A stretch of 64,000 nt of DNA from Candidatus Obscuribacteraceae bacterium (GTDB lineage: Bacteria > Cyanobacteriota > Vampirovibrionia > Obscuribacterales > Obscuribacteraceae). The notes under the pieces are model-generated. The model was not told where the DNA came from, searched no databases, and worked only from the letters and a program-made list of their open reading frames with translations. Below are positions 54,468 to 64,000 of this stretch, piece after piece. The first letter of the stretch is position 1. Each line of letters starts with the position of its first letter. The translations under genes and the position numbers were made by a program. Where the stretch lies: positions 31,259-95,258 of the forward strand of contig JBIPOV010000007.1 of assembly GCA_044378815.1 (NCBI GenBank), read 5' to 3'.

Positions 54468-55470
54468 AGGAACCCCTGCCCTCGGAATCCATATCTCGTC
54501 TTTAGTAGTGCTGCTCGGAATTTCTGTCGCTAGCTTTGCTCATGGCAGTGCTTATGCTGCAAATAAGAATGAAGGGGTGCGGCTCTTACCTTTCCCCACT
54601 GAATACTCAGTTGGCACCTTGGGCCTGTTCGATGAGGCTCCTGGATTAACCTCTAAGGGCAAACTTTTACCTATTGGTGAAGCTCGGGGCCTAATCAAAG
54701 TGCCGCAGGATAAATTGGTGAAGCTGTATCCGGGGGTGCACTTCTTCCAGCATCCAGAGTTTTTGCTCAAGCTACCTCCTGATGGGCTTGATTACATCAA
54801 CTTGCGCTTCACAGCTATGACCGATGCTGATGAAAAGATCAGTGATCGATTGATTCCCTATATTCATCATCTTTCTGGCTTGAAAGGTATTGATATGGAT
54901 AAGTCTGAAACTACAGATGCTGGCTTATCTAAGCTGGGAACTATGCCGGAACTGAGAGCTCTGGGGTTGGCTGAGACCATGGTCACAGGAAAGTGTTTGC
55001 GCGACTTGACGGGATGCAAAAAACTTGAAGCATTGCGTTTTGCAAAAGAGACCATCGATAATGATAGTTTGCGTTATTTGAAAGAGTTTCCCAATCTTGC
55101 TAGTTTAGAGTTATCGCGAACCAACTTGTCATTGCGCGGTCTTGAGCACGTGAGCAAATGTACTAAGCTGAAGAGTCTCGATATCAATGAGAACCCTGAT
55201 ATTGATGACAGAGCTGTGCCACTACTCTTGAAGTTGACGAATTTAGATCAGCTGTACATAAAGCAAACGAAGATTTCATTTGCTGGATTGCTACAGCTGA
55301 GTAAATTAGGCACTATCAAAATCCTTCTTCCTCAGCCATTTGACCTATATACAACAGCTCAGCAAGCGCAGATTCGAAAATACTTTCCCGATTTTAAGCA
55401 AAAAGGAGCGAAGGGTGGACGAAAGGTAGACTCTTATACCAAGACAATGTTTGGGCCGCTATCTCGCTAA
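54448..55470 (+). CDS. Secreted leucine-rich-repeat protein, paralogue of 8548-9552.
   Basis: MPRSLAEGTPALGIHISSLVVLLGISVASFAHGSAYA is signal-like. LRR units follow (LSGLKGIDMDKSETTD, MPELRALGLAETMVTG, CKKLEALRFAKETIDN, FPNLASLELSRTNLS, CTKLKSLDINENPDIDD). Confidence 0.8.
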   Translation: MPRSLAEGTPALGIHISSLVVLLGISVASFAHGSAYAANKNEGVRLLPFPTEYSVGTLGLFDEAPGLTSKGKLLPIGEARGLIKVPQDKLVKLYPGVHFFQHPEFLLKLPPDGLDYINLRFTAMTDADEKISDRLIPYIHHLSGLKGIDMDKSETTDAGLSKLGTMPELRALGLAETMVTGKCLRDLTGCKKLEALRFAKETIDNDSLRYLKEFPNLASLELSRTNLSLRGLEHVSKCTKLKSLDINENPDIDDRAVPLLLKLTNLDQLYIKQTKISFAGLLQLSKLGTIKILLPQPFDLYTTAQQAQIRKYFPDFKQKGAKGGRKVDSYTKTMFGPLSR

Positions 55471-55555
55471 TGCGAACCACTGAGTGCGATTTTGTTGCGA
55501 CATATTCTGCTAGCCCATAGGGCGATCTCCCTGGGCCTGAATTCGGACTTTCGTT

Positions 55556-56170
55556 TTATCTCAACCGCTTAACTTCAAAGCCACAGAGATAGTCGATGAT
55601 TGATTCCGAGACTGCTTTAGAGCGCGGCCAGTTTGCTGCTGCTGCAGATAAGATCGGGAATAGTGGCAAGGTGGACCAGGCTGCTGTAGTTTGAGTTGCG
55701 GTATTTGCTGCACCGAATAGATTTAATTGAAGACACACGGATATTGCTATGCTGCCAATCACTGTTCCCAGTGCAAGAATGTAGTACTGAAGCATGGCAA
55801 AGAGAAGCTCACGATACACTCCAGAAAGCCCCGTTGCGTGTGAAATTGTCACAGTGCCGGCGAACATTTCGCCCGGCGTGGGTGAACGAAGTAGTCTTCG
55901 AAAAACAAAACGCAGGTAAAGCAGCGGCAGAGGAGAAAATGCTAGACAAAAACATCCAAACATCACATAGTCGTTAGCGATAGCTCCGAAAGTATGGTCT
56001 GGCATTGGATGTTTGAGGTAGCGAAAGAGGCAGGGTGCAAATGCCACCAAGCCAATGGCAGTAAAGTCAATGCAAACTCCAATAGCGCGATCTAGAGCGA
56101 TCATGCTTGCCGGCGTATTTTGAATTTTATTTTGAACTACATCTGGAACTACATCTGGAACTAGATCCAT
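55556..56170 (-). CDS. Hypothetical multi-pass membrane protein (possibly RDD-like).
   Basis: The 204-aa ORF has four or more hydrophobic segments. The N-terminal DLVPDVVPDVV is encoded by a short 12-bp tandem repeat. Confidence 0.5.
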   Translation of the reverse strand: MDLVPDVVPDVVQNKIQNTPASMIALDRAIGVCIDFTAIGLVAFAPCLFRYLKHPMPDHTFGAIANDYVMFGCFCLAFSPLPLLYLRFVFRRLLRSPTPGEMFAGTVTISHATGLSGVYRELLFAMLQYYILALGTVIGSIAISVCLQLNLFGAANTATQTTAAWSTLPLFPILSAAAANWPRSKAVSESIIDYLCGFEVKRLR

Positions 56171-56233
56171 ACACTCAAAATCACTTCTCGCAGGGTATCT
56201 ATTCTTTATTCCCTGCTGCAGCTCGCTTGCAAC

Positions 56234-56896
56234 TTAACCACCATAGCCAGGTTGTGGTCTGCCCATTTGTAGAGTGAGGATCATCATGGCATTTTGCCAG
56301 CTACCGGTGTAGCGGCCGCTGTAGACGAAATGTTCGAAGGCAGCTGGGAAGTCAGTTTGCGAAAGAGCAACTTCTTCAGGGCTGTACCAGCCGACGAAGC
56401 CTTCGCAAGTAGTAGCTGGTTGGTAGCCTTCGCCGGGAGGTGGGCCGTAGTCTACTGGGTTGTTTCCGCCACCGCCGACTACTGTGGGAACGCCGTCGTC
56501 AGCGAAACCGCTGCTAGATGAGTGGCCTCTGGCGCCTGATTGGCCCCATTCGCCAGGAGGAGCAATGAACTCGTCTTTGCCAGAAGCATCGGGCATGTAG
56601 CTACCGTGGCCGGTGGTTAGGCCAGCGTCGCGGCGATCCATGATGCCAGCATTGATGCGGTGCGCTTTGCTGAAGCCCATGTAAGGGGGCAAGCCATTGA
56701 CGCCTTCGTCACCGTAGATGTGCTCGGCGTGGCCGCCAGCTTCGTAGACGAAGCTATCCATGGTGGTTGGGGGAAGACCGTTTTTCAAGCTGGTAGCCAC
56801 TCTTTGTTGAGCTTCGGCTGGTGAAGAAACAAGACCGCTGAATAAGACTGCTACTGCTAGAACCACTTGAATTGCTTGTTTGGCAAATGCGCTCAT
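56234..56896 (-). CDS. Secreted hypothetical protein (220 aa).
   Basis: The signal peptide is MSAFAKQAIQVVLAVAVLFSGLVSSPAEA. The mature part is Gly/Pro-rich, and I recognise no family. Confidence 0.6.
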   Translation of the reverse strand: MSAFAKQAIQVVLAVAVLFSGLVSSPAEAQQRVATSLKNGLPPTTMDSFVYEAGGHAEHIYGDEGVNGLPPYMGFSKAHRINAGIMDRRDAGLTTGHGSYMPDASGKDEFIAPPGEWGQSGARGHSSSSGFADDGVPTVVGGGGNNPVDYGPPPGEGYQPATTCEGFVGWYSPEEVALSQTDFPAAFEHFVYSGRYTGSWQNAMMILTLQMGRPQPGYGG

Positions 56897-57018
56897 TTTC
56901 TCGGCCCCTTTAGTAAGTGCTGCACTGGCAACGTGCTCAATATAGGTAAGGGGGTTGGCAGGACCCGGGCAAAGATTTGGCAGAGTTTTGGCATTCCTGA
57001 ATTTGCAATAATAGCTAG

Positions 57019-58821
57019 ATGTCTTTAAGCCTCTCTAAAAAAGCACTGATTCTTGTGGCCATTCCCCTGGCCTTTGAAATAGTCTTTGTCGTCAGCTTGT
57101 CGGCCCTGCTCTATTCGGTCGACAACGAGCGCAAGCGTGAGAACCACGCCCGTGAGGTAAGTGCTAGTGTCAATGCCGCTCTAACCGCCCTGCTAGACAG
57201 GTTTTCGTCTTGTGTGCTCTATCACGTCTCCGATAGCCCTTCTTTTAAAAAGCGCTTTGAGACCTCGCGTTTCAAGATTCGCGCCCAGATAGATGGCCTT
57301 GAGGCCTTGGTGCGCAATCATCCCGAAGAAAAGGCCGCCGTTGACAAGATTACTGGTCTGCTTACTGTCTCGGTGGAAAATCTTCAACGGGCTCAAGGTC
57401 AGCTTGAGTTAGGCAATAAAATTGGGGCCGCCCGCATGTGGATGCGCGCCGACAAAGACATTGGCCATCTTCTGGGGGCGATAGATGAAATTACTGTCTA
57501 TCAAGAGAAAGTCTTGGCTGAGCGGAAGGCTGCCCAGGCCGGCTATCGTCGTGCTGTAGAGATTATTTTGCCAGCTGGGCTGCTATTGAACGTGCTTATA
57601 GCCATTGGTCTGGCTTTCTACTTCAATCGCGGTACCACTAGGCGGCTTAATGTTTTGCTCGACAATACCAAGCGCCTGGCAGTTGACCAACCGTTAAACC
57701 CGCCTTTGGTTGGCCGCGATGAAATTGCTCGGCTCGACCATACTTTCCGCGATATGGCTTCGGCTTTGGAAGAATCCCGGCGCAAAGAGCATGCTGTGGT
57801 AGACAATGCTGAAGACGTTATCTGCTCCCTCGACCGCGACGGCCGCTTCCTTGCTGTAAACCCAGCTGTGGCAAGGCTCTGGGGCTACTCTGATGAAGAT
57901 TTGATTGGTGATGGGCTTGATGCCATTGTCCATCAAGACGATGTCAAAGCGACTTTTAAGGCGATCGATGAGCTGGTGGCCAGTGCCAGTGGCACAGGTT
58001 CATTTGAGAACCGCATTATTTGTCAGGACGGTCGTGGCGTTGACTTTGCCTGGTCTGCCCATTGGTCTAAGGCTGATAAAACGCTGTTTTGTGTGGCCCG
58101 CGATATCACTGAGCGCAAGCAGGTCGACCGCATGAAGCGCGATTTTGTCGCCATGGTTAGTCATGACCTGCGCACTCCTTTGACTTCCATTCAGATGGTT
58201 CTATCGCTCTTAGAGGCCGAAGCCTATGGCCAGCTTAGCGATAGCGGCCATGAAAACTTAGAGGCGGCCGAGGCTAACGTTAACCGTTTGATTGGTTTAG
58301 TTAATGGTCTGCTAGACCTTGAGAAAATGGAGTCTGGCAAATTAATACTGCTGCGCGAAAGCTATAAGCTCGCCGATATTCTCACGCCATCTTTGCAAGC
58401 GGTGCGTGGATTTGCTGAGCAGCAAGGAGTGCAGTTGGCTGCTCCAGCTCACGGCAATCCCGAGATTTTTGCCGACCGCGACCGTCTTGTGCAGGTCATT
58501 ATTAATTTGGTTTCTAATGCCATCAAGTTTTCTCCTAAAGGTGGCACTGTCACCTTGGCTATCGCTGAAGAGCCCGAGTGGATCAGGTTTAATATCATTG
58601 ACCAGGGCAGGGGCGTTCCCGAGCAGTTGAGGGAGGCGATTTTTGATAGATTTAAACAGGTTGAAATCGATGATGCCAAGGTAAAAGGCGGCAGCGGTTT
58701 GGGGCTAGCTATCTGTAAGGCAATTGTTGAGCGTCATGGTGGAACAATTGGGGTAGATTCGCAAGAGGGAAGGGGCAGTACCTTCTGGTTTAGAATTCCT
58801 CGTAAAATACAAACTGTTTGA
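57019..58821 (+). CDS. Sensor histidine kinase, paralogue of 40791-42581.
   Basis: The N-terminus KALILVAIPLAFEIVFVVS compares with GFILVLIPLVVQVAFLVAF in the first kinase. It has HAMP, PAS (VVDNAEDVICSLD), the H-box FVAMVSHDLRTPLT, the N-box LVSNAIKFSP and GSGLGLAICKAIVERHGG. Confidence 0.9.
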   Translation: MSLSLSKKALILVAIPLAFEIVFVVSLSALLYSVDNERKRENHAREVSASVNAALTALLDRFSSCVLYHVSDSPSFKKRFETSRFKIRAQIDGLEALVRNHPEEKAAVDKITGLLTVSVENLQRAQGQLELGNKIGAARMWMRADKDIGHLLGAIDEITVYQEKVLAERKAAQAGYRRAVEIILPAGLLLNVLIAIGLAFYFNRGTTRRLNVLLDNTKRLAVDQPLNPPLVGRDEIARLDHTFRDMASALEESRRKEHAVVDNAEDVICSLDRDGRFLAVNPAVARLWGYSDEDLIGDGLDAIVHQDDVKATFKAIDELVASASGTGSFENRIICQDGRGVDFAWSAHWSKADKTLFCVARDITERKQVDRMKRDFVAMVSHDLRTPLTSIQMVLSLLEAEAYGQLSDSGHENLEAAEANVNRLIGLVNGLLDLEKMESGKLILLRESYKLADILTPSLQAVRGFAEQQGVQLAAPAHGNPEIFADRDRLVQVIINLVSNAIKFSPKGGTVTLAIAEEPEWIRFNIIDQGRGVPEQLREAIFDRFKQVEIDDAKVKGGSGLGLAICKAIVERHGGTIGVDSQEGRGSTFWFRIPRKIQTV

Positions 58822-58828
58822 GGTTCAC

Positions 58829-59500
58829 GTGGCCAAAGTTCTGATTGTCGAAGATGATGTTTCGCTGGGCAAGATGATTCGCGATTGGCTTTTGATGGAG
58901 CATCATAAAGTCGAGATCGTCACCGATGGTGCCGAGGCCCAGAACATGTTGAAAGTCTATGAGTATGACATTCTCATTCTTGATTGGGAGCTGCCTCACG
59001 TTTCTGGAATTGAAATTCTCAAAGAGTTTCGTGGTCGCGGCGGCGCCACTCCAGTTTTAGTGCTTACCGGCAAAGGTGAGATCGATGATAAAGAAACCGG
59101 TTTCGATGCTGGTGCCGATGATTATTTGACCAAACCATTTCACGGTAAAGAGCTAACAGCCAGGCTGCGAGCTCTTTTAAGACGCCCTGAAGGTTATGTT
59201 GGCGATTTGCTCAAGTTTGCTCACCTTACTCTCGATCACCAAAATTTTCAGGTGATGAAGAATGGGGAAGAAATCAGGCTCTTACCTAAAGAATTTGCCT
59301 TGCTTGAATTTCTCATGCGCAATCCCAATCGCGTTTTTGCTGCTGAGGCCCTGCTCAATCGCGTTTGGGTAACTGAGTCAGAAGCCACTGTTGATGCCCT
59401 CACCACTTGCATTAAGCGCTTGCGCAAGAAAATAGATGTAGAAGGGCAGCCTTCTATTATTCGTACTATTCACGGTGTTGGCTATCGCTTAGAGGCTTAA
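58829..59500 (+). CDS. OmpR-family response regulator.
   Basis: GTG start 7 nt after the kinase stop. It has KVLIVEDDVSL...DILILDWELPHVSG...DDYLTKP...IRTIHGVGYRL. Confidence 0.9.
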   Translation: MAKVLIVEDDVSLGKMIRDWLLMEHHKVEIVTDGAEAQNMLKVYEYDILILDWELPHVSGIEILKEFRGRGGATPVLVLTGKGEIDDKETGFDAGADDYLTKPFHGKELTARLRALLRRPEGYVGDLLKFAHLTLDHQNFQVMKNGEEIRLLPKEFALLEFLMRNPNRVFAAEALLNRVWVTESEATVDALTTCIKRLRKKIDVEGQPSIIRTIHGVGYRLEA

Positions 59501-59510
59501 ACCAAGCTAC

Positions 59511-60482
59511 CTAAGCTCTGCTTTGCAGGATTGATTTTCGCTTGCATGATTGGCGGAAGGGTGATTCTGCCATGGCATAGAGAATGTCCATGCCCACAGT
59601 TGCTCCGAGAATGGCAGTAATGTGCGATGGGTCATAAGGTGGTGAGACTTCCACCACATCGCCCCCGACAATGTTCAAACCGCGAAATCCCCAGAGAATT
59701 TCTCTTTGCATAGCCGAGGTAAGGCCACCGGGCAAGGGAGTTCCCGTGCCTGGTGCAAAGGCTGGATCCATTCCGTCTACATCAAGTGAGATATAGCATT
59801 TGCGGTCACCGACCACTTGCCGCACTCTGTCAATAATTGCTTGGGCGCCCATGTGCAGACATTTGTCGGCAGTTATCACAGTGAATTTATCATCCGGCGG
59901 AATGAGCGTACGAATACCGATTTGAATAGAGGTTTCTGGATCAATTAGACCCTCTTGTGCGGCATACCAGAACATACTGCCATGATTGAGGTGTTTGGCC
60001 TCGTGAGTGTCAGTGTGAGCATCAAAATGAATCAGTGAGAGTTTGCCGTGATGCTTAGCGTGGGCTTTGATGGCAGGGTAGGCCACTAAGTGATCGCCGC
60101 CCAGTCCAAGAGTTCCGGCACCGCTTGCAGCCATTAAGCCTACATGCTTTTCTGTATTGGCAAGCATTTGATCTACTTGGCCTGGGTAGAACTGAATATC
60201 GCCGTAGTCAATCAGTTTGTATTCTTGCATTAGATCGTAGTCGAAGGGCCAGTGTATACCGGTGATACCGACATACAGCGACTGTTCACGAATGCTGCGT
60301 GGGCCGTAACGTGTTCCTGGGCGATTGACAATCTCTATGTCACAGGGAACTCCGTAGACAACAAATTCGGCTCCGTTGAGATCTTGAGTATGTTCTGCGC
60401 GCCAGAACGTGGGAATTCCGTGATACGGTACGCGTCCGAGAATGGTCTTTGAGTCCAGTATTCCCGACATAAGGGCTCCCAT
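59511..60482 (-). CDS. speB: Agmatinase / ureohydrolase family.
   Basis: It has GGDHLVAYP, IHFDAHTDT, SLDVDGMDPAFAPGTGTP and VEVSPPYD. Substrate specificity within the arginase family cannot be resolved by eye. Confidence 0.8.
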   Translation of the reverse strand: MGALMSGILDSKTILGRVPYHGIPTFWRAEHTQDLNGAEFVVYGVPCDIEIVNRPGTRYGPRSIREQSLYVGITGIHWPFDYDLMQEYKLIDYGDIQFYPGQVDQMLANTEKHVGLMAASGAGTLGLGGDHLVAYPAIKAHAKHHGKLSLIHFDAHTDTHEAKHLNHGSMFWYAAQEGLIDPETSIQIGIRTLIPPDDKFTVITADKCLHMGAQAIIDRVRQVVGDRKCYISLDVDGMDPAFAPGTGTPLPGGLTSAMQREILWGFRGLNIVGGDVVEVSPPYDPSHITAILGATVGMDILYAMAESPFRQSCKRKSILQSRA

Positions 60483-60915
60483 AAAGATTGAAAGTAAGGC
60501 TCCGAATTAAATCAGATCTGTCAGTACGCTGTCAATGTGATGGTGAGGCTTTTCCTCTGTTTCTGCCGAATAATAAAGATTGGTCGGTAGTGTTTGCACC
60601 ATATGTGGTGCCGGTGGCGGTCGGGTGGTTTTGTCTTTGAGCATTTGTGTCGGTGTTCAAGAATGGCTCTACGTCTACTTGTGTCAGACTTGTGTCTTAA
60701 CTGTGGCGGACTTGTGGCAGAAAAAGTTTTACTTGCCAAATCGTATTTGCGATTGTATTGTCATGGGGTGAGTCGGAATTGCAAGCGCAACCAACCGACA
60801 AATTTCAAAAACAGCAAAGGTTTTCACTGAACAAGCCACGGGCTTTCAGCTATATCCCTGTGCGTTTTTGAAAAGAGACAACGACATTTCGCCTTTCCCC
60901 CAAGAGGAATATCCC

Positions 60916-62019
60916 ATGGACAAGCCTAGCCACGATCACGCTAAACACAGCCATAAGCATGGCGACAACCAAGCCAATATGGCCGCCGATATCCAAGATG
61001 CTCGTGTGGCCTGGGATCTCTGGAACAGTAAGAATCCTCAAGATTGGGACAAGGCTTTAGCAATTGTTGATAAAAACAATGAGCATAAGCACAAATACAA
61101 CAAGAAACAGTGGAACGGCGCGATGGATGAAGTGGCTGCCGAAGCTGAAGCTAAGAAAGTTCACAAGCAATCTCAGACTATGCGTCCGCACAACAGAGCT
61201 GCAGCCAAGTCTCATGCCGCAGATGATGGTTTCGAGATCAACGATATCAATGACCTTGATGATAAAAATTCAGCTACCCGTCGAACTGACGCTGATGTTC
61301 GCATCAAGCACCCAGGCTACGCACCTGATAGTCGTTTCGCTCCAGAAGTGCCGAACAGCCCTGCTTATGATGCTGTCTACAATCAGCCAAAGCCTGAGTT
61401 TCATGGTCTAGATTTGGGCATCGTCAAGCTCGGTTACAACGACGGTGGTTCCCTAGAAGCCGGTGTCAATATCGGTGTGGCCAAGACCGATGTTCAACTT
61501 GGTGCTAACACCCGGGTTGATGCTGAGTTTATGCCAATTGGCGGACCTATTCACGCTAGAACAGGCGCTGGTGTTAACTTCAGCGAGAACGGTGTGCGCG
61601 GCGATGTTGGCGCTGGTGCCAACTTCTTCAATCTCGTCAACGGCGACGCTGATTTTGATGCCAGATTCGGCAGAAATACCGGTGTTGATGGTGATGTTCG
61701 CGGTCGTGTCTATCCTGTTGATGTACAAGCTGAAGCCGGTGCTGGTGTTGGTCCTGAGGGCGTGCATGCCTATACTGGTGCTAACACTGACGTAGCAGAT
61801 TTAATTGGTGTTCGCACTGGTGGTCACTTCGATTTAGATAGCGAAGATTCTAGTGTTGGTGCTGGTGTTGGTCTGAGAGCAGGAGATCACACTCTTGATT
61901 TTGGTCCAAGCATCTACAGTGATGGAAATCGCACCATTAGACCAGATTTGCAATTGGACACAGGTTCAATTGATGATGAGACGTTCTATCCTACTGGTAC
62001 CAGACGTAACAGAGAATAG
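60916..62019 (+). CDS. Hypothetical protein with a His/Lys-rich N-terminus and a Gly/Asp/Val-rich repeat C-terminus.
   Basis: The ATG at 60916 follows agaggaatatccc. It starts MDKPSHDHAKHSHKHGDN.... The C-terminal half has degenerate G(A/V)(G/N)xxxx(D/N)G repeats (GAGVNFSENGVRGDVGAGANF...). Confidence 0.6.
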   Translation: MDKPSHDHAKHSHKHGDNQANMAADIQDARVAWDLWNSKNPQDWDKALAIVDKNNEHKHKYNKKQWNGAMDEVAAEAEAKKVHKQSQTMRPHNRAAAKSHAADDGFEINDINDLDDKNSATRRTDADVRIKHPGYAPDSRFAPEVPNSPAYDAVYNQPKPEFHGLDLGIVKLGYNDGGSLEAGVNIGVAKTDVQLGANTRVDAEFMPIGGPIHARTGAGVNFSENGVRGDVGAGANFFNLVNGDADFDARFGRNTGVDGDVRGRVYPVDVQAEAGAGVGPEGVHAYTGANTDVADLIGVRTGGHFDLDSEDSSVGAGVGLRAGDHTLDFGPSIYSDGNRTIRPDLQLDTGSIDDETFYPTGTRRNRE

Positions 62020-62058
62020 TGACCAACCATCAAAAGGCTCCACGGGGGTGGCAGAGAG

Positions 62059-62082
62059 AAGCAGCTGAGCAATCGGCTGCTT
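62059..62082 (+). terminator. Candidate terminator hairpin (7-bp stem, 10-nt loop).
   Basis: aagcagc / tgagcaatcg / gctgctt, followed by tcctcttgg. It lies 40 nt after the stop at 62019. Confidence 0.35.
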
Positions 62083-62162
62083 TCCTCTTGGAGGGGGTGT
62101 TTTGAGTATTTGAGCCACGACGGTGTCAGTTCTTTGTCTGAATCATTGTGCTAGTGCGCTAC

Positions 62163-64000
62163 TTAAGCACGAGGCAGGGTGAAGTGAAATACACTGCCTT
62201 TTTCTTTGCCGTTAGTAACCCAGATTTTGCCACCATGCAGATTGACTATTTCTTTGCAGATGGTCAACCCAAGGCCTGTTCCGCCTTGGCTGTTGTGAGT
62301 TGAATCTGAAACTTGTTGAAAGCGCTCAAAAATAGTTGATACCATATCTGGTGGAATACCAGGGCCTTGATCCGTGACTGTTATTTCTACCATCGTTGTA
62401 GCAGCTTCTTTTTGACTAGATTCTTTCTTCCACTCTTCTTGGGGGCTAATTGAGGCGGCTAGAATCAGTCGACTATCGGGTGGGGAGAATTTAATTGCAT
62501 TCGAAACAAGATTGAAAATTACGCGGTTGAGCTTTTCTTTGTCTGCCACCACCGCCAGGTTGGTTGTTGGGCTCTCGAAATGAATTTTGCCTTCTTCTGT
62601 TAGGGCCGCGACATTTAGTTTTACTGTGTTGAATACTTCTTGCAGATCAACTATCTCACTAGTTAGTGTCATGGTGCCTGATTTGATTTTTTCAATATCG
62701 AGCAGATCGTTAATCAGTCCAATCATTCTGACACCGTTTCTCTCTGCGGCTTTTATCAGCCTTTCGCCCCGTTCATTTAATTGGCCTAGCAAACCGGCGT
62801 CGGCCATCTCTAGAGTTCCTTGAATGGTACTGAGTGGTAGGCGCAAATCATGGGTAAACATAGCTACCATCTCTTGCCTGGCCCTCTCTAGTTCTTTGCG
62901 GTCAGTCATATCGTGCACGACAAAGAAGATAGAACGTTCTTCTTCAGACCAGTGGCCAGACCAGAGCGTGTCTACATACGAGCTTTCTTGCTGATTGAGG
63001 CGTCGACGCACCACGAATTCGCGTTCTTGGTCGCCTGAATGATTACGCAAGCTATTCATCCAAGAGAGCATTGCTTCTCTGCTGCTCTCGTCAATCACGT
63101 CTACTAATCTATAACCAATTAATTCATCAGGTTCTAGGCCAAATAGGTCAAAGCTGGCCGGGTTGACGCTTAGAAATCGACCGTCCTTGTCAACGGCGCA
63201 AATAGTGTCAAGGGCATTTTCAATTACAGCCCGTTCTTTATGGCTAAGGTCGTTCAAAGACCGAGCCATTTTGCGAAAGACGCGATCAGCTTCGGCAATT
63301 TCGTCACTACCTTGCAAGGGCGCTCGCAGCTGCATTCCCGTTGCCAGTCGCTCAGCGTTTTCTTTTAATACGCGCAGTCTACCGGTGACATCTTTCAATA
63401 AAAATATGGCTAGGGCAATGCTAAGAATGACGTTAACTACAGCAGCGATGGCCGCTACGCCAAGAGTTTGCTCACGCAGTTCAGATTGCCGATTGGGGCT
63501 GCGATCGGCCCAATCACGCCGGTAAATGGCCTCTAATTCCTGGTTCTTAATGCCAAGTTGACGAATTGTGGCAGGCATATTGCGCAAGACTTCTACGTCT
63601 TCTTTGTCCGTGGCCGGACCTAAACCGCTTTCCATTGCCGCCGCTGCATGGTCTAATATTTTTTGAGCATTGCTTAGAATTTCGCGGGATTGCCTCAACC
63701 TGCTTTGAATTTCAGGTTGATCGTTGCAGAGGCCTTCAAGCTCGGCATATTCAGCGTTGAGCTTGTCAATTGCAACTTTGTAGCTTTGGTCAAAGTTGCC
63801 GCTGGTGGCCCATTGCTTTTTAAGTTTTGGCACGACATTTTGCCAGAGGTCAAATAGCTCGGCTGACAAGCGGCTAATGCCCGCAGCCACCCTTCTTGAG
63901 CGCTGTGAGTTGGCTGTCTCGGCTTCAGCCTGCTTTTGCAGGTTGACGAGCACGGCCACCACTCCGACCTCGAAAAAGAGGGGAATGGATACCAGAATTA
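62163..64000 (-). CDS. Sensor histidine kinase, third paralogue. The 5' end runs off the window.
   Basis: The frame stays open past the track start to the window edge (...ILVSIPLFFEVGVVAVLVNLQKQAE), matching the N-termini of the other two kinases. It has the H-box MVAMFTHDLRLPLS, the N-box LVSNAIKFSP and GTGLGLTICKEIVNLHGG. Confidence 0.9.
   Translation of the reverse strand, partial: ILVSIPLFFEVGVVAVLVNLQKQAEAETANSQRSRRVAAGISRLSAELFDLWQNVVPKLKKQWATSGNFDQSYKVAIDKLNAEYAELEGLCNDQPEIQSRLRQSREILSNAQKILDHAAAAMESGLGPATDKEDVEVLRNMPATIRQLGIKNQELEAIYRRDWADRSPNRQSELREQTLGVAAIAAVVNVILSIALAIFLLKDVTGRLRVLKENAERLATGMQLRAPLQGSDEIAEADRVFRKMARSLNDLSHKERAVIENALDTICAVDKDGRFLSVNPASFDLFGLEPDELIGYRLVDVIDESSREAMLSWMNSLRNHSGDQEREFVVRRRLNQQESSYVDTLWSGHWSEEERSIFFVVHDMTDRKELERARQEMVAMFTHDLRLPLSTIQGTLEMADAGLLGQLNERGERLIKAAERNGVRMIGLINDLLDIEKIKSGTMTLTSEIVDLQEVFNTVKLNVAALTEEGKIHFESPTTNLAVVADKEKLNRVIFNLVSNAIKFSPPDSRLILAASISPQEEWKKESSQKEAATTMVEITVTDQGPGIPPDMVSTIFERFQQVSDSTHNSQGGTGLGLTICKEIVNLHGGKIWVTNGKEKGSVFHFTLPRA

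Noticed and set aside
1-64000. A scan for tRNA, rRNA and CRISPR arrays, and for IS, integrase or phage genes, especially at GC-block boundaries.
   Set aside because: I found no tRNA-like acceptor/T-arm consensus (for example GGTTCGAATCC in a suitable context), no spaced identical repeats and no transposase- or recombinase-like translations. This was done by eye only, so a covariance-model scan could still find small RNAs.

Overview
The window is bacterial chromosomal DNA and is densely coding, with about 50 supportable genes. I found no rRNA, tRNA, CRISPR array, transposase or integrase. Housekeeping genes: a partial MqnC/MqnE-type radical SAM gene, hisS, an M17 leucyl aminopeptidase, an agmatinase and an RlpA-like protein. 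These sit among many accessory genes: three paralogous sensor histidine kinases (two with OmpR-type regulators), two paralogous LRR proteins, a serpin, a flotillin/SPFH protein with an internally repeated module, TPR proteins, a LysM repeat protein and a 2407-aa giant protein. The giant protein has annexin-like repeats, Gly/Ala hydrophobic segments and an HExxH motif. The best candidate for an uncharacterised system is at 38505-40756. It is three translationally coupled genes: a polytopic membrane protein ending in a strictly periodic Cys tail (GCGSSCGSSCGGGCGGGCGG), a DUF692/MNIO-type oxidase and a small partner, which together look like a membrane-tethered RiPP-like module. The second candidate is a five-gene operon with overlapping reading frames at 19577-24789 (minus strand). 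It encodes a PhyH dioxygenase, a GT-B protein, an HPr-kinase-like P-loop kinase, a second GT-B protein and a histidine phosphatase, and it lies in a GC-rich block. GC-rich, GC3-biased blocks alternate with roughly 35-45% GC DNA, and none has visible mobility genes. Two genes look frame-disrupted: a TonB_C-like gene at a C7 run, and an LTXXQ chaperone-like gene split from its signal peptide. All functional calls come from reading motifs by eye in the translations. No database search was run.
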